A DNA stretch of 63,415 nt from a virus. Its lineage: Duplodnaviria > Caudoviricetes. The position numbers and the translations under genes were made by a program. The notes beneath the pieces are model-generated. The model did not search any database. It was not told the origin of the DNA and was given only the letters and a program-made list of their open reading frames with translations. Where the stretch lies: positions 1-63,415 of the IMG/VR virus record IMGVR_UViG_3300025085_000016; one strand, 5' to 3'. Positions 43,154 through 52,817 of the stretch are shown piece after piece. Numbering within the stretch: position 1 is the first letter of the stretch; each line of letters begins with the position of its first letter.

Positions 43154-45421
43154 TTAATACTGACTGCCCGGACCACCACCCATGTACCCCTGCCCCATAG
43201 AAGTCATAGGGCTTTTATTGGAACCACCTGAATTTGCTGGATTAGCAATCCCCATGATCCTCATCAGGTCTTCGGTTAGGAGATACTCTTGGGGACCAAA
43301 CTCGTCGAAAATCTCAGTGTTGTTTTGAAGAGCGTTGATTCCAGCGAGGGTGGTCAGCTCAGGGTACATCTCTCGCAATGCTATCTCTCTTTGCTTGTCA
43401 TTTAGATTAGGGTTTTTAATGATTGATCTAACCTGAACCCCCATCAAGTTGCGTTCCGCAGCAGGAACCTGAGAAAACGTCCTTCCATTCATTGACGGAA
43501 CGCCACCCGTGATCCCCCCATCTTCTATCTCTCTGTTAATAGCTTCCTTATCTGGATTAACATTAAGTCCGACTTGCTTGCGAAGAGCATCTGCTGCCCG
43601 ACTGTCGCCTTGTTCGGCCATTAGCCTCAGAGTTTTAGTTCTTTCAGCATCCTGCTTGCGCTGCTCTGCTTGGCGAAGCCTGCTTTCTTGATCCAACTGA
43701 CCTTGAGCCATGCGAGTGGCTTGATTAAGGCTCATATTCGGACCAAAGGTTGCTTGCGTTCCGACACTCATCGGACCTGCAATCCCACCACCCGGTGCTA
43801 CAGTGACTCCACCAGTCCTTCCGTAATTCATTAGCTGCGCCCTACGCATTCGCATCTTGCGCTGGTCAGACATGTTCTCTAAGGTCGGCCCTTCGGCCAA
43901 CCTTTCTCGGTACTCATTGAACTTACCGTAGTCTGTCATCTCTCCCGTGTGAGGATCGGTGTATGTCTCCCCAGAAAGCCTCGCTGCTTTTCTGGCTGCA
44001 AGGTTTCCATCAAGCCCTTGGTTTAGTTGCTTTCGGTAATCCCTGCCCGCTGCGCTATTCAGCTCTCTGCCGGTGTTGACAAACGCCTTTACATCGCTTG
44101 TAACATCAGGCCCGTAATGATGCTGGAAAATTTCTGATTCTACTTCATTTTGGGTCGAAGCCATTGGCCTAGCATTCGCAGCACTGACCCTATCGGCATC
44201 ACGCTGCCTAAGACGGTCAAACGTGCTGCCATCACCCATTCCTCCCGGCTGCATTGACGACCTGTTTCGTTCACTGCGAGATGGAAGCCCAGAAATAAAC
44301 GACTCGTTTACTCTTGGCGACATGGGAACCCTACCTGTCTGCTCATACGGCATCATCTCATTTGGCAGCACGGGTCTTTGCATGTAACTGTTCGTTCGGT
44401 CAATGAAGTTGGGCTGCACGGGAAGGAAAGAAGTTGATGGCGAAGTCCTGCCTGTAGCTGCTTGCTCTAAAGGCTCAGGAACCATCGGAAAATTACTTGG
44501 ACTTTCTGGTTCGGTGGCAAACTCAGTTGCTAGTGGATCAAGACTTGGCGGCGCGGGTTGTCTAGATCGCGGCACGGGCCGAGGAGATTGCTCAGCAATG
44601 TTGGCAAGCAGGCCCGAAGACTCAACCGTAGGCACGGGGTTCAGAGTGTCCATTGTGTCTCTGCGTTGACGCTCCCTTCGCAGGAACTTGCCCGTTTCGG
44701 TAACAGGAAAGTTTTGGTGTGAGCCGGAGTTTGGATATGGCGTGAAGGCAGCAGAAGGCAGTACGATGTCATCTAATCCAGCGCTGTAGACGCCTCCTTC
44801 ACTGGCTGATGATGGAATCCCGAACGAACCGTAGCCCTCTGCTGTAAAGCCGCCCGGATTTGGGTCGAAGCCATCCATCTTTAACGGACCGCCGGGCGTA
44901 TAGGGTTCTCCAAACCCGTCAAGTTTCTGGCCGGGCTGTAACGCCGGTCGCTGTGTTGACGGCGTTGCTGGAACCGCCTTGTCGTAAGATCCTTCTTCAA
45001 GACGAGGTGGGAAAATCGGCTTATCCAGCAACTTCTCTACAGGCCCAAGTGCCGCGCCTGTTTTTTTTGCGGCCTGTATTTCTTCGAGAGGAGTGCCTAG
45101 GTACTTGAACGCATCTTTGGCTGTGTCAGAAAAGCGTGTGCCAAGGACTGTACCCTTATTGTTCTCATCTAAAGCGTTTCGCCTGTTCCTGTTGTTTATA
45201 GACTGCTGCCTTCGAGTCTCTGCTTGCCTTGCAAAGTATTGCTCAGCCTTGGTAGGGGCGCTCTTGGGGGCAGGCTTTGGGGCAGCGCTGAAACCCTGCC
45301 CTGTACTAGGCTTTGCCATTCGCGCTGCCCTGTCCCTCTTTGCCTTCTCCTCCTGCTCTTTTGGAGACAGCACAGGAACAGGAAACCCTCTTCGGGGCAT
45401 TTTATATAGGGGAGGCTGCAT
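43154..45421 (-). CDS. Pro/Gly-rich low-complexity protein, probable internal virion (ejection) protein
   Basis: 755 aa directly upstream of the giant gene. Confidence 0.6.
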   Translation of the reverse strand: MQPPLYKMPRRGFPVPVLSPKEQEEKAKRDRAARMAKPSTGQGFSAAPKPAPKSAPTKAEQYFARQAETRRQQSINNRNRRNALDENNKGTVLGTRFSDTAKDAFKYLGTPLEEIQAAKKTGAALGPVEKLLDKPIFPPRLEEGSYDKAVPATPSTQRPALQPGQKLDGFGEPYTPGGPLKMDGFDPNPGGFTAEGYGSFGIPSSASEGGVYSAGLDDIVLPSAAFTPYPNSGSHQNFPVTETGKFLRRERQRRDTMDTLNPVPTVESSGLLANIAEQSPRPVPRSRQPAPPSLDPLATEFATEPESPSNFPMVPEPLEQAATGRTSPSTSFLPVQPNFIDRTNSYMQRPVLPNEMMPYEQTGRVPMSPRVNESFISGLPSRSERNRSSMQPGGMGDGSTFDRLRQRDADRVSAANARPMASTQNEVESEIFQHHYGPDVTSDVKAFVNTGRELNSAAGRDYRKQLNQGLDGNLAARKAARLSGETYTDPHTGEMTDYGKFNEYRERLAEGPTLENMSDQRKMRMRRAQLMNYGRTGGVTVAPGGGIAGPMSVGTQATFGPNMSLNQATRMAQGQLDQESRLRQAEQRKQDAERTKTLRLMAEQGDSRAADALRKQVGLNVNPDKEAINREIEDGGITGGVPSMNGRTFSQVPAAERNLMGVQVRSIIKNPNLNDKQREIALREMYPELTTLAGINALQNNTEIFDEFGPQEYLLTEDLMRIMGIANPANSGGSNKSPMTSMGQGYMGGGPGSQY

Positions 45422-45469
45422 GTTTCCATCCTTGAAAGAGTTAGTCCATCATTTTACCGGACTTGTGTT

Positions 45470-45922
45470 CTATTCCGTAAGTTTTGCTTTTTGCTCCATT
45501 TTGATTGCAAGTTTCAGCATTCTCTCAGCCGCTTTCCTTCGCAGGACTAGCGGAACAACAGTAGCAACCTTCCCCATCTTGTCGCTTTGACCAACCAAAT
45601 GAGAGATGATGTATTCAGACTCTTGCTCGCACTTATCGATGCCCCACATGTTCATCTTCTTTTCAAGGTCGCTGCACCCGCACGTTGATTTTGGAACTTT
45701 GCTTCTTAGTACCGCTGGTACTTTCCGCTCGATCAGATTCTTCAACTGCGATCCGACTGTACTTTGCCCTCGCAAAGCTGACTCGATCTCTGTTCGATGA
45801 TTGGTAAACCATTGGCGTGTTTCTGGCGGACAAGTGGACCACGGGCTTACCGCGAGCCTATTGCGATGACGGTCGATGCGAGGATGGTATCCCATCTCTT
45901 TGATCTGTTGCAGTATTTTCAT
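45470..45922 (-). CDS. Hypothetical protein (CGC...MN.WG...C motif)
   Basis: 150 aa, ATGA-coupled. Confidence 0.65.
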   Translation of the reverse strand: MKILQQIKEMGYHPRIDRHRNRLAVSPWSTCPPETRQWFTNHRTEIESALRGQSTVGSQLKNLIERKVPAVLRSKVPKSTCGCSDLEKKMNMWGIDKCEQESEYIISHLVGQSDKMGKVATVVPLVLRRKAAERMLKLAIKMEQKAKLTE

Positions 45923-46632
45923 GGGTAGCCTGAATCTCCGCCATCGTAGCCATCGTCGTAGCCACCTCCACCACCGGGATCGCCTCCACCACCGGGGTCA
46001 CCTCCGCCACCGGGATCGCCTCCACCACCGGGATCGCCTCCACCACCGGGGTCACCTCCGCCACCATCGTCGCCACCCCCGCCATCGTCGCCCCCATCTT
46101 CGCCACAAACATCGCACTCTGTGATTGGCACATTGTCTGCGTTCGCTAGAACTCCGCTTACCACACCTTGGAAGCTGCCTCCTGCTGCATCACCGCAGGT
46201 TCCATCCCCGTCAAAGTCGTCACACCCTCCACCAATTTTGACGGGGCCGGTTGGGAATGTTAGGCCGTCACATGGTTGTATGACCAAGACATAAAAGGGA
46301 TCGGAGCAGTGATCGCAGTCTATCGTTAGAGTCACTGTCGCAGTGGTATTGCAAGTCTGTCCTGTGATCTGGCTTTCAACTTCCAGCTCCAAGTTAAATA
46401 CGACATCGCAAGTGCCACCATACGCCAAGGTGCAAGAAGTAATTCTGTACTCCCATTGGCCTGCCGAAGCAAAGTACATATTTGGAGGTGCGCCAAAACC
46501 GTTCGTTATGCACTCATCACCAGTGAAGCCTTCGCAGCAGCATGGGACATCATCGCAGCAGCATCGTTCGTGGGTTGCGAACCCTCCGTTCTTGAACAGA
46601 AACTTGCCGTTGTATCTGTATAGACTAACCAC
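45919..46632 (-). CDS. Cys-rich protein with GGGGDP tail repeats
   Basis: CCCDDVPCCC; five GGGGDP units. Confidence 0.65.
   Translation of the reverse strand: MVSLYRYNGKFLFKNGGFATHERCCCDDVPCCCEGFTGDECITNGFGAPPNMYFASAGQWEYRITSCTLAYGGTCDVVFNLELEVESQITGQTCNTTATVTLTIDCDHCSDPFYVLVIQPCDGLTFPTGPVKIGGGCDDFDGDGTCGDAAGGSFQGVVSGVLANADNVPITECDVCGEDGGDDGGGGDDGGGGDPGGGGDPGGGGDPGGGGDPGGGGDPGGGGGYDDGYDGGDSGYP
45961..46098. repeat. 18-bp tandem repeat encoding GGGGD(P/D)
   Basis: CCACCACCGGGATCGCCT-like units in tandem. Confidence 0.9.
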
Positions 46633-48244
46633 CTCCAGATGACTCCTCTTCTGGGCAATCTGTCAGTGGCAGGCAAACTGCACTTGGGCCGCTGATTGGG
46701 GTGTCGCCGCACTGCAATACCATGACTGTCCCAAAGCACATCTCGTTTCCGCCACTCAAGCTGTTGCTGCACTGCGCTGTTACCCGATCCCCTACAGCCT
46801 TGGTGCTAATGTCTGGTAATTCTGCTGTCGAGCAAACACATCCGGTTGAGCATGTTGTGCCAGACACAAGCTGCCATGTTTTTCCTCCACCGTTATTGAC
46901 CACCTCGTAAGTGCAGTTTCCTGTGCAGTAAAACGGATCAGAGCCTAACATCACAGGGACTTGGCTGAACCCAAGGGAAGACGTAACTGCCTCGTCCTCG
47001 ATGCAGTTCGGGTTTGTTTCGTTTACTCCCCAACCGTATATCTCAGACTGTGTGTAAGATAGGGTTGGATCGGTGCAGTTGGTAAAAGACAGTGCTGTGT
47101 TACCCGGACTGTCTGAACCCTTGACGTAGGAGTATTTGCCCGGCGCACCAAGAATTGCTGATATTGTTGACACTGCAATGTACTCATGGCCTTCTGGATT
47201 GTAGAACGCATAAGCTGTCGTCTCATCTTTGGGCAGGCAAGTCATTGATGCGCCAGAAACCGTAGGCTCGCATGAACTACCAAAAGCACTGAAGCCATCG
47301 TAGACAGTGCCGTTACTCCACTCCCAACCACCAGAAGCCATATATCTGACAACAGCCCATCTTGCTATCTTCTTCTCTACTCTTACGATTTCCCATTCAT
47401 GCGTAGTTGCCGACCCGCTGCCAAGGGCGTAGTCTTCCGGTGTTGATGGCTTGAGGTTGGTTGTTCGTCTGATCCAAACCTTAGAGCCTGCCACTGCATC
47501 CAAAAAGTAATTGTTGTGTGCCGTAACTGTTCCCGATCCTGACGCTTCCGGGGGCGTATCAACATTTGGATAAGAACTGCGTATGTCACCGCCAGAAAAA
47601 TTCACAGTGACTGCAATGGTCGTTGGACTGCCGGTGTTTCCTTTGAGCAAGCATGTGCTAATTGTCCCTTCCATTTCTTTGATAGGAAGACTGCACTCTT
47701 CAATCTCGTACCTCGCTGGATGCGTAGGCTCTGTCACCTCTGTTGTTTCTGTGTCGTCAGACGAGGCTGCAACATAATATGCCCATCCTGTTGCGTTCGG
47801 CTCTACCTCTGCCCAAAGGTTAAACGGGTCCGTTACGTTCAGCGTACTACCAAACTGAAGGACACCACCGCTGAGGTCTGGTGCTGCACCGTGAACTCGC
47901 AAGACCTTTACCGCTACCTGCTGGCTTGTCATCTTGCTGGTTGTTACAAACTGAATCCGTGGCGCACCAGCACCGCCATTGATTACCACCCATCGCTCGT
48001 CAATGGTTTCGCCAACCATGATCTCATCGCCAACAGCTATCGACTGCTCAGTCGTGTTTGCTACCGGAACATGCTGAGAGTTTATCGTCGCTAGAGTTAG
48101 GTCGTCTGGATGCTCTGCTGGTGGAGTAGGGGCTGACGCATTCTCAAACAGACGGAGCTTTGCGTTAAACAGCGGGCATGTTTCCCCACTGCGTGGGTCT
48201 GCTGCCTCCATGCAGGTTGCGATTGCGATTCTTGCGTAGAACAT
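46625..48244 (-). CDS. Putative tail-tip/fibre protein, Cys-rich C-terminus
   Basis: 539 aa, Thr/Ser/Gly-rich, in the structural operon. Confidence 0.5.
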   Translation of the reverse strand: MFYARIAIATCMEAADPRSGETCPLFNAKLRLFENASAPTPPAEHPDDLTLATINSQHVPVANTTEQSIAVGDEIMVGETIDERWVVINGGAGAPRIQFVTTSKMTSQQVAVKVLRVHGAAPDLSGGVLQFGSTLNVTDPFNLWAEVEPNATGWAYYVAASSDDTETTEVTEPTHPARYEIEECSLPIKEMEGTISTCLLKGNTGSPTTIAVTVNFSGGDIRSSYPNVDTPPEASGSGTVTAHNNYFLDAVAGSKVWIRRTTNLKPSTPEDYALGSGSATTHEWEIVRVEKKIARWAVVRYMASGGWEWSNGTVYDGFSAFGSSCEPTVSGASMTCLPKDETTAYAFYNPEGHEYIAVSTISAILGAPGKYSYVKGSDSPGNTALSFTNCTDPTLSYTQSEIYGWGVNETNPNCIEDEAVTSSLGFSQVPVMLGSDPFYCTGNCTYEVVNNGGGKTWQLVSGTTCSTGCVCSTAELPDISTKAVGDRVTAQCSNSLSGGNEMCFGTVMVLQCGDTPISGPSAVCLPLTDCPEEESSGGG

Positions 48245-49680
48245 TAGCGGATCATTGACTCCGTGCCGGGCTGGTGGTTCAAGGCAATTCGCATTGTGTG
48301 TTTCTTTCCTGTCTGACGTTGAGCAATCGAGAACTCGTACTCCACGCCTCCGATCTGTCCGATACCACCAAGCTCATAGAACTTGTCGGTCGTTATTGTC
48401 TGGGCTGGCTCAGGTGGGTCGTACTTTGCGACAAGTGCTTGGCAGACTTCCCGGAACAATGATTGCCAATCACCATATGGTGGATTGTGGATGTCTGGCT
48501 CGCTTGAGTTGATCGGAACAATCCAATCAACGAATACCTTTAGCTCGGTTTTTTGCGTTGCGTCGATCATCACAGGAACGTGTTCGCGATGCAGCCCGTT
48601 CACTCCGTCCTTCTTGTAGAACCCAGTAAGAACTGTTGCTGCTGTTGATATTGTTCCACCCGACTGCGCTGACAAGACTGGATGATCTGTAACAAAAACC
48701 TGACCGCCGTTGGTTAGCTCAATGATTCCTGTTATCGAACCAGCTTTTGAAACCAATGGCTGGTGAACAGGGAACGGTTCCCACGCATCTCTTATTACCC
48801 TGCCCTGCTCGTACTGAGGACGCTCAGGGTCGTTAAGAATGGACTTTGGGCGATGCTTTATGTATATGCGATCACTCGACGCAGATGGATTCCAGAGTCG
48901 GTAGTCGTGCTGCACATGCTCGGAAGCAGACGCATCGTGAACTAAACTTAATGTCGTGTCTGCTGGCAATGCGGTCGCGCTTCCTGATGATGCGTCGATG
49001 TAGACAGCGGTGCATGAAATTCTCTCCTCGTACACGGTAGGAGCAGACATGAACCTGACACTTTTCAGGTTATTGTTTGGTGCAGGCTTGTATTTCTTCA
49101 CGGGGAAATCAGGCAGCGTTCCCGACCCTGCTAAAGACATCACATACGCACCATTCTCAGGGGCATAGACCAGCCTACAGCCAGTGTTGTCGAGCAGGTT
49201 TTGCATTGCTTCTGCGCATGTCTTCTCTGCCCAGCGAGCAGGCGGCTTGAAGGTTGGCACACTTGCATCAACGACAATCGTTATCCTGCTGTCACACGCA
49301 GCAACTATCTGCTCCACAAGCTGTGCTATAGTTTGCTGGTTGCCTGTCTTCAGGCGTCCAAACGCATCTCGTTCATTCCAGTTTTGGTCAAGCTTATGTT
49401 CTTCGAGAATCCAGCGAGAGTCTTCTAGTACCACATGCAAACAGTCGTACCGAGACTTGATAGCCTTGACCACACGCATGTCGTTCCACGTTCCAAACCA
49501 CCCGTCTGTCTCTGCTTTAAGTGTTGTGACTCTTGGCCTCGCTGGACCTACACTTTCGAGCGTGCCGGGGTTTCCGACCGTACAGTCGATGACGCACCTA
49601 CCCGGCTTTGCCTGTGAGCCTTGGACAAAGTGAAACTTATGAACGTCAGGAAAATCTTTAAGGTCTACGTTTACGGTCAC
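48244..49680 (-). CDS. Putative tail/baseplate hub-like protein
   Basis: 478 aa; LEDSRW.L...T...LVEQI...CAEAMQNLLDNTGC pattern and position. Confidence 0.45.
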   Translation of the reverse strand: MTVNVDLKDFPDVHKFHFVQGSQAKPGRCVIDCTVGNPGTLESVGPARPRVTTLKAETDGWFGTWNDMRVVKAIKSRYDCLHVVLEDSRWILEEHKLDQNWNERDAFGRLKTGNQQTIAQLVEQIVAACDSRITIVVDASVPTFKPPARWAEKTCAEAMQNLLDNTGCRLVYAPENGAYVMSLAGSGTLPDFPVKKYKPAPNNNLKSVRFMSAPTVYEERISCTAVYIDASSGSATALPADTTLSLVHDASASEHVQHDYRLWNPSASSDRIYIKHRPKSILNDPERPQYEQGRVIRDAWEPFPVHQPLVSKAGSITGIIELTNGGQVFVTDHPVLSAQSGGTISTAATVLTGFYKKDGVNGLHREHVPVMIDATQKTELKVFVDWIVPINSSEPDIHNPPYGDWQSLFREVCQALVAKYDPPEPAQTITTDKFYELGGIGQIGGVEYEFSIAQRQTGKKHTMRIALNHQPGTESMIR

Positions 49681-50447
49681 GGACCATACCCCTGATTAGG
49701 TCTGAAGTTTGGTTGGTCCCCAAGTCTCTCGAAAACATACTTGTAGGTCATTCGGAAGTGAGTCGGCTTACCGTTGCCGTGATACTTTGGCGTGTGCATG
49801 GTGATGACCCGATGCTCCTGCATTTCTTCCTGCGGCCAGTAAGGGTTCGGCGCACTGAACCAACTGCCCAACGAAACTATTTCGCCTTGCTGAACATGAA
49901 CCACCTTAGACTTGGAAGTGAGAAAGTGCTTGTACGGATCGCCTCGCCAATTTGCTCTAACCTTCCATGTTGGTCCGCCCGTGCCAGTTTTTGAAACGCC
50001 CTCACTGAAGCTAATGATTTGGCTGTCCGCCATCTGATAGAGAGCTTGAATTGTCATTGAGTACGAGCGAGTATTTGCGTACTCACCTTCTGTCAAGTTA
50101 TCCCAGCTTCGCCGTGTCACTCTGTTTCCAGACAGGTTGTATGTGTCATTGCTGTTTAATACATGAGCTGAGGGAGTGCCATCGTTGAGGAGAAACCCAC
50201 AGTTCTGGTAGTTCCGGTTGTAGGCAGTCCTGAGCTGACCGATCTTTGTTCCTACTTGAGCAGCATTAAGCTCCGACGACTGGGCTGGGTCTTGGAAGAA
50301 ATTTCCCCTTAACCTCCATATGTAATCAGCACCCCAGCGAACACCCTCTGGCCCGAAGCGTGGGATGATCTCAATGGCTTCTGGGTACACTTCACCTTTT
50401 TCGTGAGTGTAGTTGCCGTAGTAGAACTGCATTCCCTTACCCGACAT
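49677..50447 (-). CDS. Putative distal-tail-like protein
   Basis: 256 aa beta-rich, position in tail operon. Confidence 0.4.
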   Translation of the reverse strand: MSGKGMQFYYGNYTHEKGEVYPEAIEIIPRFGPEGVRWGADYIWRLRGNFFQDPAQSSELNAAQVGTKIGQLRTAYNRNYQNCGFLLNDGTPSAHVLNSNDTYNLSGNRVTRRSWDNLTEGEYANTRSYSMTIQALYQMADSQIISFSEGVSKTGTGGPTWKVRANWRGDPYKHFLTSKSKVVHVQQGEIVSLGSWFSAPNPYWPQEEMQEHRVITMHTPKYHGNGKPTHFRMTYKYVFERLGDQPNFRPNQGYGP

Positions 50448-51366
50448 CTGATTCGCTCTCCATATCGAGTGTGTCTTCTATCTGGGCGATACGTTGCGAG
50501 TGAGCATTCATCGCCTGCGCGAGTCCTTGCAGCATATCGACGATCCGGCCAGTTGCTGTGTTTATGGCGTCAGTGGCCTTTTCAACTGCCTCGTCTTTTG
50601 CGGTGCTTGCTTGGCCCGTAAGGTTGAAGCTGCTTGGACCCGACCCCCCGTAGTCTCCAGCTAGATCCACACTTGGCTGGTTGGCTACATGCTCGGCAGT
50701 TCCGGGACCGCCGTGAGGCATGAACGGCGAGCTATCAAACTTCCTGATGTCGCCTGTTCCAAGGTCGTCGGCAGCTTTCTTGACATCATCGCCGGTGGCT
50801 TTCGGAGAAAACTTTCCAATGCCCCCTATCCCAAGAGCATCTGCTGCCTTGCTGACATCATCGCCAGTAGCCATCTCTGGTGGTTTGACTGGCTTGTCTT
50901 CTTCGGCCTCCTTGTCGTCTTCCTGCTCCTCTCTTGGACCGGGAGAAGGAGGATACCCTTCTGCCGCTGCCGATCTCGCTTGGCTGTCGATTTCCGCCCA
51001 GTCAACATCCTCTAGGTAGTCGCCAATCGAGTCTACCTCCAACGGACCCTTGGCTCCGGGAAGCTTAACTTGACGCCGCACCGACCTTGGCTGCATCGGA
51101 GGCTTCTCATCTTCCGGTGGATCATCTTCCGGTGGATCATCTTCCGGTGGATCATCGTCCTCAAGCCCATCCTCCATTGGCTCAAAAGGGTTTTCATTCT
51201 CGTCTCCCGGCTGGGCAGGTGTTGGCCCCGATGCAAACGGATCATCTGAGTCAAACGGATTTACCTTGTCGTCTCCCGGCTGGGCAGGTGTTGGCCCCGA
51301 TGCAAACGGATCTTCGTCGTCTTTAGGATCGTAACTGCTCGGATCATTTGGATCTGGCATGGTCAC
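50437..51366 (-). CDS. Acidic Pro/Asp-rich repeat protein
   Basis: Duplicated DPFASGPTPAQPGD (44-nt identity at 51200 and 51269) and DDPPE x3; helical C-terminus. Confidence 0.65.
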   Translation of the reverse strand: MTMPDPNDPSSYDPKDDEDPFASGPTPAQPGDDKVNPFDSDDPFASGPTPAQPGDENENPFEPMEDGLEDDDPPEDDPPEDDPPEDEKPPMQPRSVRRQVKLPGAKGPLEVDSIGDYLEDVDWAEIDSQARSAAAEGYPPSPGPREEQEDDKEAEEDKPVKPPEMATGDDVSKAADALGIGGIGKFSPKATGDDVKKAADDLGTGDIRKFDSSPFMPHGGPGTAEHVANQPSVDLAGDYGGSGPSSFNLTGQASTAKDEAVEKATDAINTATGRIVDMLQGLAQAMNAHSQRIAQIEDTLDMESESDVG

Positions 51367-51368
51367 TC

Positions 51369-52355
51369 CTATGGATGAGCATTTGTGATCGTGATCGGCT
51401 CAATGGTTCCCGATGAATCTGCTGACCTGTATGCCTCAAGGTCGAGAGACAAAGGTATTTCACCTCTGCCTGCCGTGTTTGGCGTGATCCTTGTCTGACG
51501 CAACTCAGGCAAGGTAATCACCGTGCTGTAGGCAGACGGTACTTCGGTGTTCTTGCTTCCCAAGAATGACAGTACACCCTGACCTTTAAAGTCATTGATA
51601 TAGAGATTCGTGTGAGAGCTTGAGGTGTATGGAGTCCGAACTCTCAGCTTGATCTGTCGTCCATTTGTCTGAACGCAAGTTACGCTAAGGAAGTTTCTTG
51701 TCTTAGGCGTTAGGTTGTTGTCGATTCGCAGACTGAAAGCATCGAAGTAATACTCAGTTGCGCTTCCACCATCAGGTGTCATCTCAAGCTTTCCATCGCC
51801 AAGAAGCCAGTAAAGCCTTTCCTCTGTAGGCAAGCTTGGTGGTGTGGCAGGGTATGTGGTGTCATGCTCCTCATAGCCAAGCACCCGAAGAGTAAGCCTT
51901 GTAACTTGCTCTGCACCTCCGATGCTTGCCGTTGACGTAATCGTTGCTGCGCTCACGCTGCATCGACGATATGTGACTGTTCCTTGGTCACGCTTCAGCA
52001 TGATGTCGAAAGGACGAAGGTCAAATGTTTCGTCTGTGGTGAACGTGGTTCCACTAGCTGCCTTGCCAAGAATGCGCGGAAGCCAGTTATCAAGCTCGTA
52101 AGGACCGACTTCTAAGGAGAACTCTCCAACTACAACTCTTGCACCATGACGGGTGTGGTTGCCGATCTTGTCAATGGTCCCAGTCAGGCCGTTGCCACCC
52201 AGCAAGTTATCCGTGAACCGGATACTTTCACTTAGGATTTCGTATCGCTCTGAGTTTGCGTCAAAGGTAGCGGGGTTGCAGTTCGCCAGATCGCTCTCTT
52301 CTACAAGCAGCGATGTGTAAACTCCCTGACTGCCACAAGTGTCAATACATGTCAT
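51369..52355 (-). CDS. Tail tube-like protein
   Basis: 328 aa; SESIRF...GEFSLEV...FSLRIDNNL pattern; follows adaptor/terminator-like genes. Confidence 0.55.
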   Translation of the reverse strand: MTCIDTCGSQGVYTSLLVEESDLANCNPATFDANSERYEILSESIRFTDNLLGGNGLTGTIDKIGNHTRHGARVVVGEFSLEVGPYELDNWLPRILGKAASGTTFTTDETFDLRPFDIMLKRDQGTVTYRRCSVSAATITSTASIGGAEQVTRLTLRVLGYEEHDTTYPATPPSLPTEERLYWLLGDGKLEMTPDGGSATEYYFDAFSLRIDNNLTPKTRNFLSVTCVQTNGRQIKLRVRTPYTSSSHTNLYINDFKGQGVLSFLGSKNTEVPSAYSTVITLPELRQTRITPNTAGRGEIPLSLDLEAYRSADSSGTIEPITITNAHP

Positions 52356-52816
52356 GCCCGATCCTCCCTGAATACGGTACTGATTTCGATTGTGTCGATG
52401 TCGTACTTACGACTGACAACATCGTCGGTGTCGTAGTCACCCATCGAAGTAAAGCTGTATAGCTCGCCATTCATTCCGGTTGCCCTGCGGTCCTGAAATA
52501 AATCGCGTATTTTGTCTCGGATGAGTTCGTAGTCTGTTTCCCCAGAAGATTGCCGTGTGCTGCTCCCAGAAACAAACACAACCAGTGTCTTTCGGACAAC
52601 ATCTCGCACACCACTAAATGTTCGCCCCGGCTGGCTACCTAGCGGCTTAATCCAAACTCCGCTTTTTACTGTCTCTGTGAATCGCTTTCCGGTTACTCCG
52701 GGTATTTTCTTGAGAAGCTCAGGTCTTCGCACACCGACCCCAGACGGCCAGTTATCTCGAATTAACTGCGCGTGAGTAGTGGAAACTGACCAGTCAGTAT
52801 GCTGAATGCCTGTCAT
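52352..52816 (-). CDS. Tail completion/terminator-like protein
   Basis: 154 aa between adaptor and tube; positional call. Confidence 0.4.
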   Translation of the reverse strand: MTGIQHTDWSVSTTHAQLIRDNWPSGVGVRRPELLKKIPGVTGKRFTETVKSGVWIKPLGSQPGRTFSGVRDVVRKTLVVFVSGSSTRQSSGETDYELIRDKIRDLFQDRRATGMNGELYSFTSMGDYDTDDVVSRKYDIDTIEISTVFREDRA

Positions 52817-52817
52817 G

